64,000 bases of DNA from Okamejei kenojei (taxonomy: Eukaryota), in assembly GCA_035221665.1 (NCBI GenBank), contig CM069162.1, positions 22,692,001 to 22,756,000 of the forward strand, written 5' to 3'. The position numbers and the translations under genes are program-made. Positions 51,444 to 62,654 of this stretch are shown here, piece after piece. The notes beneath the pieces are model-generated. The model ran no database searches. It was not told where the DNA came from and was given only the letters and a program-made list of their open reading frames with translations. Numbering within the stretch: the first letter of the stretch is position 1; each line of letters starts with the position of its first letter.

Positions 51444-52749
51444 ATGAGGACCAAAGTTGTGCCAATGAAAGTCAAAGAAGCCATTATGAAACTGAGAAAC
51501 AAGAATAAAACTGTCAGAGACATTAGCCAAACCGTAGGCTTACCCAAATCAACTGTTTAGAACATCATTAAGAAGAAAGAGAGCACTAATTGCAAAGGGA
51601 CTGGCAGGCCAAGGAAGACCTGATGACAGAAGAATTCTCTCTATAATAAAGAAAAATCCCTAAACACCTGTCCGACAGATCAGAAACACTTTTCAGGAGT
51701 CAGGTGTGGATTTGTCAATGACCACTGTCCCCAGAAGACTTCATGAATGGAAACACTGAATGAGCTAATTCAAGAGCTCTCTCGAGTTTAAAAAAATATA
51801 CTCGTGGTAAGCACGTAGAATGTACGTTACGGGTACGTCGGAGCTCGGAACGTCTCTTAGCAGCCCGGAACACTAACAGCAGATACTCGGGGAAACGCGG
51901 TAAGCTCATGAAGACGTGTGAAGATTTTTCAACATGTTGAATAATGTCCACGAGAGCCCCAAGTACCTACGAGCAGCCATTACCGTAATTCTCCGAGTTT
52001 GAATCAGGGGAAACTCGGGAGAACCCTTGAATTAGCTCGTACAGTGGGACAGCCCCATGAGGCTTACTTCAAGATGCAAACCACTGGTTAGCTGCAAAAA
52101 TAGGATGGCCGGGTTGCAGTTTGCCAAGAAGTACTTAAAGGAGCAGCCACAGTTCTGGAAAAATGTCTTGTGGACAGATGAGATGAAGATTAACTTATAT
52201 CAGAGTGATGGCAAGAGCAAAGTATGGCGGAGAGATGGAACTGCCCAAAATACAAAGCATACCACGTCATCTATGAAACACGCTGGTGGGAGTGTTATGG
52301 CCTGGGCATGTATTGCTGCTGAAGGTACAGGCTCGCTTATCTTCATTGAGGATACAACTGCTGATGGTAGTAGCATAATGAATTCTGAACACATCCTACC
52401 TGCTCAAGTTCAAACAAATGCCTCAAAACTCATTGGCCAGCAGTTCATTCTACAGCAACAATAATCCCAAACATAGTGCTAAAGCAACAAAGGAGTTTTT
52501 CAAAGCTAAAAAATTATCAATTCTTGAGTGACCAAGTCAAATGCCCGATCTGAACCCAATTGAGCATGCCTTTTATATGCTGACGAGAAACTGAAGAGGA
52601 CCAGCCCCCAAAACAAGCATAAGTTAAAGATGGCTGCAATACAGGCCTGGCAGAGCATCACCAGAGAAGACACCCAGCAACTGGTGATGTCCATGAATCA
52701 CAGACTTCAAGCAGTCATTGCATGCTAAGGATATGCAACAAAATACTAA
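51444..52749 (+). pseudogene. Tc1 DD34E transposase pseudogene
   Basis: MRTKVVPMKVKEAIMKL...GLPKSTV*, GRPRKT, VLWTDEMKINLY, frameshifted QQ(D)NNPKH, then 34 residues to PDLNPIE, ending GYATKY*; several stops and frameshifts plus a nested insertion. Confidence 0.93.
51762..52056. mobile_element. Harbinger/PIF-like MITE nested in the Tc1 transposase
   Basis: Inverted ends GAGCTAATTCAAG...GAGTTT and AAACTC...CTTGAATTAGCTCGTACAGTGGGACAGCCCC; the left TIR lacks its outer part; related to 28547-28700. Confidence 0.75.
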
Positions 52750-53334
52750 ACATGACTACGTTCATTTACATGACATTGCTGTGTCCCAAACATTATGGTG
52801 CTCTGAAATGGGGGTACTATATATAAACACTGCTGTAATTTCTACATGGTGAAACCAAAATGTATAAAAATTGACTTTATTAAAATCTGACAATGTGCAC
52901 TTTAACCACATGTGATTTTTTACTATTACAAATCTCAAATTGCGGAGTACAGAGGCAAAAAAATAAATGATGGGTCTTTGTCCCAAACATTATGGAGGGC
53001 ACTGTATGTCTACAGTGCAAAGAACTGATGTCCTCTGTTGTGTTAGTCATAAAATATTTAAGCTCTGAGATATGTCTCTTGGAATTTAAAAATAATCCAG
53101 GACAGATGCATTAAATGATTTCTGTAACCAAGTATGTACCTTTAAAATTGCTCCTGCTCAAACATTTATGAGTTGGTGGTGTACAAGGTAAGCACGTGAG
53201 TGGGTGGTTAGGGGAGTGTGCGATGTTGAAATGTGCTGACAGCTGAGCTAGTGGAAGCTTCTTCATGAGGTGGACTCCTAGTGCATTCACTGGTGATCAA
53301 AAAGATCCAGAAGTCAAACACTAGATTAAAAAAA

Positions 53335-53660
53335 ACATGCTGGAACTAATCAGCGGGTCAGGTAGCATTTGTGGAGAGAGAGTTAACTTTTTAGGTTGAG
53401 ATCTTTATGTTTTGATCAAGATTTCAGCATCTGCAATTCTTTGTGGCTCCATATTACAGCTGTGTTTTATATCGTCGCGATGATCTGTCATGATCAAGCA
53501 AAAATAAACTGCTGGAGGAAGTCACAGGGTCAAGCAGCATCTGTGGAGGTAGAACGCACTTTCTTGATGCAGGTCTTGTCCTTAAATGCCAAATGTCCAT
53601 TTTTCTCCACAGATACTGTCTGACCCATTGAGTTCCTCCAGTTTATTTGTCTTCTGCAGC
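53335..53660. mobile_element. Two adjacent degenerate head-to-head Penelope-terminus pairs
   Basis: Inverted arms AAATAAACTGCTGGAGGAA...GGGTCAAGCAGCATCTGTGGAG and CTCCACAGATACTGTCTGACCC...TTCCTCCAGTTTATTT; a similar remnant lies at 53335-53450. Confidence 0.65.
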
Positions 53661-54223
53661 TTCCAGTGACTCCAGAATTAGATATCACGTCTGTCTTACT
53701 CGTGATGAGCAAGCTGAAAATCCACCACTGGAAACAGTTGATTTTGGCTAATCTTAATATGTATAGTCTTTTCTTTGACTTGTTAGCATGCAAACAAAAA
53801 CCTTTTCACTGTACCTCGGTATACATGACAATAATAAACTAACCTAAACTGATGACATTTCTTAACAAATATGACATTATTGGTATTGGTTTATTATTGT
53901 CATGTGTGATAATGTTGGAAGAATGCCACACTACTGGGTTAGCAGTGGCAACGTGCTGGAACCACTTGAGAATATGCTTCTGTATGAAACTGTACCTCTT
54001 TAGACAGTAGTCAGCCCAGATTCAGTACAACTAAAGACGGGAGTAAAGCCCATGTTCAGTTTGCTGTGTGCCCTCCATGATAACACAATGCTTGGGGTGA
54101 TTCCAAAGGGCTGCGTGAAGAGGATTAGGATGGCTGCACTGTACCACTTTCTGTCCTTGCTCCGGCCTGAGTTTGAGATTTCAAGCCTCTGCTTGGCAGA
54201 GCCAGCTCACGTGGACATTTTGT

Positions 54224-54326
54224 TTAAGAAGGGACAACAGATGCTTGAAAATCAAAGGTAGACAAAAGTGCTGGAGAAACTCAGCAGTTGCGGCAGCATC
54301 TATGGAGCGAAGGAAATAGGCAACGT
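54224..54326 (-). mobile_element. Penelope-terminus micro-element with 12-bp TSD
   Basis: TGGACATTTTGT at 54212-54223 and 54327-54338; the insert matches the terminus subtype of the 1757-3417 element (GCAGCATCTATGGAGCGAAGGAAATAGGCAACGT). Confidence 0.9.
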
Positions 54327-55861
54327 TGGACATTTTGTAAGTTTTCCACGACTGTTACAGGCTGTCAGTATAACTCTTGGGATCCTAAAACAAAAGAAGA
54401 TTTTGTGGCCTGGAAGATGAGCATGTTTTAATTTGCAATGTTAAAATTTAATCTCATAGAAAACTTAAGCAATTCTTGCAGAAAAACGCATTGCTATCGT
54501 CAATATATTTCCAATCAAATATGGTACAATTAATGTTCAAAATTTACACCTAGGAGGCTGTTGGACCTCAGGAATTTGGTTAGATGGGAGTGGCATTGTA
54601 CAGTATCCTCCGAGCAGGTCTGCATTGTCTTACCACGCCTATGTAATTCTCCTGAACCTTGCAATGCATTGTTGAGAACAAACACCTGGTTACAAATAGT
54701 TCATTCTGCTGGAAGATCAATGTCTCCAGTGACTCTGACAGACTGCAGAGTCACTTTCACTGAGTGAGTCTTCTGGAAGCCGGTGATTCTATACTTCCAG
54801 TTTAAAAGTTGAGCAATGGCCATCATGCTGTGACCTTGGTTCACAGCCCTGATGCTAATGGAGCTGCAGACTGTGTTGATGCCTGTGCTATATGCCACAC
54901 CTCTGCAAAGCTGCTGCCGCCACTCAGAGCAACTACTACTTTCCTACTTTTCCTGGACCTGCATGGGAGGTGCTCTCTCAATTATCAGTCAATGAAGCTA
55001 CAGGCCAGTTACAAAGCCACTTTGCAATGGGTGCACTCCACCCTTGCATGGGTGCTTTCAGTAGGACTGGGATTGTTCCACATCCAAATTAGATTCTTTC
55101 CTGGATACAGTGATCGGCACACTGATTTGCAAGCACTGGAGGCAAGCTGGCCTGAGGCATTCAAACATGGGCATTTTAAAGTGGAGATTCTGGATGAGGT
55201 GGCTCTTTGTACCTGCACGGATTAAACGACTCTTACAAACACCACAAACAGGAGGGAGTGGCTTCAGCAAATATGCTGCTGAGAGCCAGCCCATAAAGAC
55301 CCTACCAATGTAACTGCTTTGGAATGACTGCCTGCTTTATGTCGAAGCCACATAAAATGGTTTAACTGCAGCCTTTTGTTTTACTTAACTATTTCTGTTT
55401 TAAAGCATAACTTTATGCAATGTACCCAAGCATGGTTTGAATGCCCGGGAATGGTTATCTATTTAAACTTGATTGTATATGGGGTTTCTTTTCTTGGGAC
55501 ATGGGATACTGTCTAGCTATATTGCTGTAATAAATCTCACTAGGACTTTTTTCACCTGGTGTAGTACCATCGTTTAATCACAAGCTGCATGGGCTCCATC
55601 TGAGACACACGCAATTAATGTTCTGCATTAGATTTCAAAATGCGCAAATAGCTCGTTTAAAACAATATTATTTGTGGAGGGGAAATTGGGTTATGGAGAT
55701 ATCAATATTGCAAACAAATTTATTTTCTATACTATTTTTAATAATGGCAGTTAAAATGAAATATAAACTTCAGCGTGCCTGATCTACAAACTGCGCTGTT
55801 GCTTACTGAACTGGTGCTGATGTTGGGAGCAAGAGCTCCCATTGCCACCATTGTCAAATTG

Positions 55862-55941
55862 GGTCTGAAGCGTCACCCATTCGTTCTCTCCAGAGATGCT
55901 GCCTGTCCTGCTGAATTATACCAGCATTTTGTGTTTCCAAA
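55862..55941 (+). mobile_element. Penelope-terminus micro-element with 10-bp TSD, hammerhead stem II deleted
   Basis: TGTCAAATTG at 55852-55861 and 55942-55951; insert GGTCTGAAG-CGTCACCCATTC... Confidence 0.88.
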
Positions 55942-56024
55942 TGTCAAATTGTCAGGCAATTTCCGCTCTCCTAATTTCAAGTTCCAATCTGGATTTGTGT
56001 ATCCCATGTTTGCAGCCAATCTTT

Positions 56025-56182
56025 GATTTGAACTTTTCATACATTTCATTAATTTATCCTTTGTACCTCTAGTTTCCCTCTCCCCCAAGTCTCAGTCCGA
56101 AGTAGTCCACCCGAAGCATCACCTATTTCTTTTCTCCAGAGATGCTGCCTGTCCCGCTGAGTTACTCCAGCACTTTGTGTCA
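56025..56182 (+). mobile_element. Penelope 3' UTR and terminus fragment
   Basis: Similar to 34110-34275. Confidence 0.75.
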
Positions 56183-56489
56183 CACCTGAGGCAGTTCACA
56201 GTGACTTTACCAGTGGAATGCACCAACATGTTGAGGCAACAGAGGAAAATCAGGACTTAATACATTCCCATCAGAAGATGGCATCTCTATAGACTTCCAT
56301 AATTAAGTGGCATATCATATTTTGATAAATAGATCTGTGGCAGTATTAAAAGAAGGGTTGTGATTATGCTTAAGTGGATAGTTTTGACCCAATCATTGCT
56401 TCTTTATGGAATGCTCAGAATCTGCTAGTCACTGGCTCATTTCAGACACGTGAAAACAGATCATAGTGTTGAAATTGGGAACTGCAGAT

Positions 56490-56710
56490 TGGCCTTTGTT
56501 CCAACTGTCTGCCTATCATAAATTCTCCACACCTATGTTGACCTATTATCTGCCATGCTTCGTCCTGCCTCTCCTCTTTTCCAGCTTTCTTCTCCCCCGC
56601 TATAATCAGTCTGAAGAAGGGTATCGACCCGAAACATCTCCTATTCATGTTCTCCAGAGATGCTGCCTGCCCTGCTGAGTTACTCCAGCACTTTGTGTTC
56701 TTTTGTGACT
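56490..56710 (+). mobile_element. Penelope 3' UTR and terminus fragment with near-intact hammerhead core
   Basis: CAGTCTGAAGAAGGGTATCGACCCGAAACATC at about 56607-56638, followed by the AGATGCTG...CCAGCAC terminus. Confidence 0.8.
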
Positions 56711-59110
56711 ATGTACATATACTTGGAATTCATCCGTTCTATGGCTCCCATTGAAAACTGGACTGGCGCCATCATCTTTGCTGTCTGACCAGTGGAATTC
56801 ATCAGCTGGCAATGGGAGTTGTGATATTTTGGTACTGTCCCACCAATTAGGGATTGAAGTTCATTATCACCTTTGATAATAATTTTGCTGAAGGTCTTTT
56901 TGAAGTGGTTAAAGTGTTCAACAGATCAGAAAATGGCCCTTTTTACACCAGACTTAGAATTATTTCAGTTAGATTAGCTTTTAGGAGACTTTGCAATATC
57001 GCAATATGTTCTCATGTTAAATACAATTGTGTGGGCATTTCTTCCCGCCCCCCCCCTCCCCCCACCCCCGAAGGAATGTTTGGCTAAGCCATTGGGAATG
57101 ACTGTTAGCAATGGCCTCTTTTTAATATAGACTGGATGAGGGGGAGGGATGGGGAGGTTGTGGGAAGGAATTACAAAAAAGTGTTTGTGTTATTTTTGCA
57201 ATGCAGCAGGAGTTCTTTCAGGATTTAAAAGAACAAAGTTCTTTTCAAGCTCAGTGAGCTGGCAATCTTAGGGCAGTTCCTTTTATATATTGCTCAAAAA
57301 AAATCCCAAATCATCTGCTACTGGGCGATGTGCACTATTTGTCTGGCTACACTTTGGCCCAGACCCACTGTTATGTCGGTTGCTATGGTGAGAAACATTT
57401 CAAGTGCCAGATTAAGAAAGAAACTGAACTGAAATGGGCAGAAATATGATCTGTGTTCGAGGGTGTGAATCAGAACACTACTTCAGGATTGGGTTGGCTG
57501 TATTAAACACTTTCTTTTCACCCCCACCACCACAAAAATAAAGTATTGACTGACACCTTCCTGTTCCTTTCAACCAGAATTCAGGTTTCAGACCTTTATA
57601 GGGTCTGTTTACAGATCAGTCAAAAAAGCAGCTGTACATTCAAAGCGGGTTTCATATCGGAATGTGTGTTTTCCTGCCTGCCTGCCGGCCTCGGGCATTG
57701 CCAAGTGTTGGCTGTTACAGTGGTTGTGTTTGCTCAACACATCTCAGACAGGCTGGCAATATGATAGTCTGACAGCATGAAAGCATTACACTCAGTTTGA
57801 CCTAATAAGGACGTAAAAGTTTAAGAAGGAAAATAAAAGCTGCCTTCAGTTGGATAGTGCTCTTTCATTTTTAAAGATAGGAAAAGAGAAAAGCTCAATT
57901 CAAACTTAATTTTGAATTAAAAACCGGGCAAGAGGCCGATTTAATAAAACGGTGTGTATCATGTTGAAGTATTGAACAGTTCTTAATGGCATTGCCAATA
58001 ATATTTCAGAGAGTTTTAGATGATTAACAAAAAATTGTGCTATTTAAATATTGCAGTCACATTCTAACTAAGATACATGTTGTAAAATTATGTAATAATG
58101 AATTGCATTGTATGATTCCTACTGATCACCTACCATTTGGTTTGCAGTCTTGACAAGAAAACTCACTTGTTTTTATTTCAAGAGAAAGTGTCTCTAAAAA
58201 AATATTTTCTTGCAAAATAAACATAGAAGAATATAAATTGAATCTTTTGCGAGGCGTTTGAAATGTTCAGTATTGCTAGAGGTCTTTCTATTAAGCCTTG
58301 AAAAGTACTATCTCATCCCAAAATAGTTCTGACCCTTTAATCTAGTAACCTTAAGGGACTTGGATATATTTTCAGGTTGGTGTCAATCACCACTTCATTT
58401 AATCCTGATGGCATTGTATATTAAATGCAATTGATAAAGAATTAAAATAAGGCCAAATGCTGTAAATATTGGATATCTGAAAAATGTCAGGTTTCTTTCT
58501 GTCCAGATTAGGCAGCATCTGAGGGCAGTCACACTCTATCCTGACTTGGAAATGTTGCTCTCTTCCAGTGAAAGGGCTATACTCATGTGCTGTGTTCAAT
58601 AAGAACTTCAGCAGCTGGCTGTAGATTTTTTGAAAATGATAAAGATACTTGTGTGTAAAGACCATTTTACTTGAAAAACTAATAGGAATAGCACTGCTAA
58701 GAAATGGACAAAGCGCTATGGTTTATTCACACAGGTTTTTCTTTGATTGTGCATGGTGCCTTTTGGCCTCGTTCAGTAGAATATTACTACTTGGGGCAGC
58801 TCAGCACAAAGTCTTTGAACAATTTGTTTGGACACTGAAGAATTTCTAAGTTTTGATGTCAGTTTGATAAGGAGTTTGGCAGAATTTAATTCGGTTTTTG
58901 AAGAAATTGAAAATGCTTGCATTCATTAATGTGTGTTCTTGGGCATTAATAATAGATTTGAACACTGGATGAAATACCTCCTGTTGATAACTTTCCTGGG
59001 AGAGCAGCCAGCAGTACTGCAGTCCAGTTTGTGTATCATTATACAAGCAAAAGTGTAACTTTCAATCTCTGAGTTGTGGGAAATTTGCAACCTGCAAAAT
59101 GTAAGATGTA

Positions 59111-59236
59111 GACCCTTCTCTCGACCCGAAACGTCGCCTATCTCCTTCGTTCCTTAGATGATGCTGCACCCGCTGAGTTTCTCCAGCCTTTTGTGTACCC
59201 TCAATTCTCCAGCATCTGCAGTTCCTTCTTTAACAC
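59111..59236 (+). mobile_element. Penelope-terminus micro-element with 14-bp TSD and 9-nt 5' inversion
   Basis: AAATGTAAGATGTA at 59097-59110 and 59237-59250; begins GACCCTTCT (reverse complement of AGAAGGGTC), then CTCGACCCGAAACGTCGCC. Confidence 0.9.
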
Positions 59237-60156
59237 AAATGTAAGATGTATCTGCATATATATATTCCTTTTTTAAATGGGAAATGGTAGTATATAGTCC
59301 AAAAAGTCAATCTCAGCTTTGTGATGTACAATGCCTCTGATCTTGACTGTGCTAATGTTTATAATGGGTATATCTCTTGACATTTAGCCATTGAGTGCAT
59401 TTGAAGTACAGTCACTGCTCACAGGACGCTCTGTCCACAGCAGTATACAGATAAGCTATTGAGTAATCCTCCTCCCACTCTCTCGGCCCTTTGTGTGACA
59501 TTAACTGCAGAGTACACGCTTCTTAGTGATTGGATTTTGAAACATGAAAGAACGGAGTCAATTTCCTGGAAAGTGAATTCCGTGAATACTGTGACAGTGC
59601 CATACTCAGAATTGTTGCTTTCTGAGCGACATATATCTCTTTCATACATTAAGGTAAATATGCAGTCCACATTTTTTTTCCTTAGCCAGCAGGCTCCTTC
59701 CAATTAACACCTATAATGGGCTGTCTGAAGTTTGACAATGGACATACAGTCTGCCACTTAAACCCATAGCTAACAAGTGGAACTTTTTTGTTTGTTTCCA
59801 GATATACCCATAAAAACATATTACTCCATCATATCATCCTGAAAATCCGACATTCTTCTTCTAATGTGAGAGTTTAGATAGGCATCTGTTAGCCCACTTT
59901 CACTGTCTGATTCTTTGTAGCATCTCCAAAAGGTCATTGGGGACCAGCCTCTACTTAAGTGCAAAATGGGGAACTCCAAGATGGAGTAGGATGCTTGATT
60001 GGTTCTGCTTCTCTGTGGCTATTAAACCTGTCCATGATACTTCCTTATCAATGAGCCCCACATGTACCATTTTCAGGCAGTGTTGTTCTCCACATGTGCC
60101 CTGCCTGGTACTAACTCTCATTAGAATTTCTCCAGATGTTTCTGTTACTGCTGTAT

Positions 60157-60461
60157 TTTAGTTTAGTTTAGAGATACAGCACGGAAACAGATGCCCCACC
60201 GAATCCACGTCGACCAGCGATCGCCGTACATTAGCATTATCTTACACACTTGAGATAATTAAACAATGTTACCGAATACAATTAACCTACCAACCTGTAC
60301 GTCTTTGGAGTGTGGGAGGAAACCGGAGCACCCGGAGGAAAAGCCACACAGTCACAGGGAGACGAAACAAACTCTGTACAGACAGCACCTATAGTCATGG
60401 TTGAACCTGGGCCCTTAGCACTGTAAGGCAGCAACTCTACCGCTGCGCCACTATGTCGCCC
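60157..60461 (-). mobile_element. tRNA-derived SINE (HE1/V-SINE-like), full length
   Basis: Minus strand starts GGGCGACATAGTGGCGCAGCGGTAG (A box), then GGTTCAACC (B-box-like), a central CCGGTTTCCTCCCACA domain, a CR1-like tail and a (CTAAA)n end. Confidence 0.9.
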
Positions 60462-62654
60462 CTCCAATTTTTTTCCTCCAACGCTATCTCGCGTTTGACA
60501 GTTCATCCTCAAGAGACAGCATATCGATCTTTGGAGGGGCATTTGCTTCCTGATTCACCCAATGTTCCCTAAACACAGTACAACCAAGCAACTGGCTACG
60601 AGACTTATTTCCTTACAATTGACCCAGTCATGTGCAGCCCAAAGATCACTTTCTTTACTTTCCCATTGCTAATATGCACTTCTCTCTTAGTTCATCCTTC
60701 ACTGTATTATTTGGTTCAGTATTCTAGGTGTGTCCTGCATGCACACTTCCAGGACCACTTCAACTATGCCATTACGACCCAGCAATTTCCCACAATCACA
60801 TGCACTGTCATTGTCACATCTCAGATGCACAAAGGTGAATTGCATCTAATGTGTCTGATTGAATTTCTGGAGCAGCCTAATCTTTCTATCTAGAAATGGT
60901 GGAAATTCATTCTTCTTCAAGATTAAAAAAAATATGCATAGTGTGGAAGGTAACAATGCTACTCATCCAAATGTTTATGCCATGATGTTTTCTTTTTACC
61001 ACTTTAGTTGTTCTGTGCTTCTGAACCGTTTCCACAGCCATGGAAATTTAAACTCTATGTTGAACAATTCTCATAGATTTTTATTGTTATTTTGGAAGCA
61101 TTTTAAATTGGAGATGTGTCCTTCGTGGGTTTGAATATTATAATATAGATTTTTTTAAAAAGGCAATGTCACTGTTGAACAATTCCGGTGACAAGCAGAG
61201 ATGGAGCTGTCTAGACTTGTACATTGGCCATGTTTTGCTAGAGAATGTCTCCCCTACTGTTACTAGCAGTAGTAACCAGATATGCCGAACAATTTAAGTT
61301 TTATAGTCGAGTATTGTAAAAAGCATGGAAATATTAGTGGGAATTTGGATACATGTGAATCCAATATTCAAAGTATTCTCGGTGTTCGGTTACTAGGAAT
61401 AAACAAGCCCAGACAACCTCATCTTCAATCTTTGTCATATTAGCTAATCAATTATTACATTGTTGGAGAACATCAATGGGTGCTTCTAGATTAGAATCAG
61501 AACCACTGAACAAATAAATGCACAGTAGTTTTCCTGTAAGTGTTAACTGTAGGCCATTTTTAAATTGCTTCTGATCACCGTTTATCGGGTGGGAAGGAAA
61601 GTAACACACAATGAGCACAAATGAAACACCTACAAGGCAGAAACTTTCATTACACCATCGAGTGCCGCCAATTCCTAGCCCCTTCCAATGTAATGGCCAA
61701 TTTTGCGCCCAATGATTTCAATAATTGCCTTTTAAATGAAACATCTGTGGCATTGAAATTTTAGGAAATGATAAAGTTCACTCAGAAATTGGCTGAAGAT
61801 TTAAGAGCAAAACATGCTAATAACAAAAAAATTCTGCACGTTATCAAATTGATAGGGTAATTTTCTTCTCCATTCTCTCCCCTCCCCATGGACGGAATCT
61901 CATTAGGGTTTGTTTTGTTGATGCTGATTGTGCTTCACCAGCTGGCTTCATTCAACGGTGAACCTTGTCAGTGAGTGTTGGCAGGCTGTCAGATGTGGGG
62001 ACATTACAGATGCGTCCAGTTCTGTTAGTTGGTACTGCCTCAATAACAATCAGGAGCCCTGGTCAGCTTTTCTTTTTCCCTAACCCAAAGCTGTTAATGC
62101 AGCAGCTCTGGCTAAAATCAGTGAATCAGTACCGACCAACGCTTAGTTCCTGATCTTCAATGATTTGAGCTGGGAGTGGGCATAATTTCCTTAAAATAAA
62201 AAAAAATATTAAGATCAAAAGCCTTTTGTGTAGCGTATTGCTTGCCCCTGTAGAAATTTAGTGAAGGTAAGAAAGGAACAGGCAGTTTGTTGCACATTTT
62301 AAAGATTTGTAGGTGGGAGGGAAACGTCTTTAATTTGGTCTGGGAGGACGATGAGTTTGAGCATGAAAACTCCAGTACTTCTCTCTGGAGAAAGCTATTC
62401 CTGCTGAATGTTTATGGGATTTATTTGAGAGCACACTCGGGGAATAACTTAATTCCTATAACCGCTATTTATAAGCTGCATTAAATGGTCAAACTCACTG
62501 TTAAACACTGTGCTGGTGTTTAACCAGTGATTTAGTCAGTGGAGTTTCAGTATATGCAGAATAAAATACCAATAGTTTATTATCTAAAAAATGTCAGTGA
62601 CAAAGCTGCAATCCTAGCGCCAGAGTGATGAGTTAGGGGATGCGCCATAAGCAG

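Larger units (their letters stand above)
51093..53004 (+). mobile_element. Full-length Tc1-family DNA transposon (IR-DR type), inactive
   Basis: TA on both sides (51091-51092, 53005-53006); CAGTG...CACTG ends; TIRs of about 225 bp, each with inner and outer CCATAATGTTTGGG direct repeats; about 1.6 kb once the nested insert is removed. Confidence 0.96.

Noticed and set aside
54700-55313. Cluster of overlapping ORFs on both strands
   Set aside because: No recognisable motif, splice structure or repeat hallmark; probably a mildly GC-rich old repeat or chance.
60385-60461. tRNA gene
   Set aside because: The A and B boxes belong to a SINE head; there is no acceptor stem and it continues into the SINE body.
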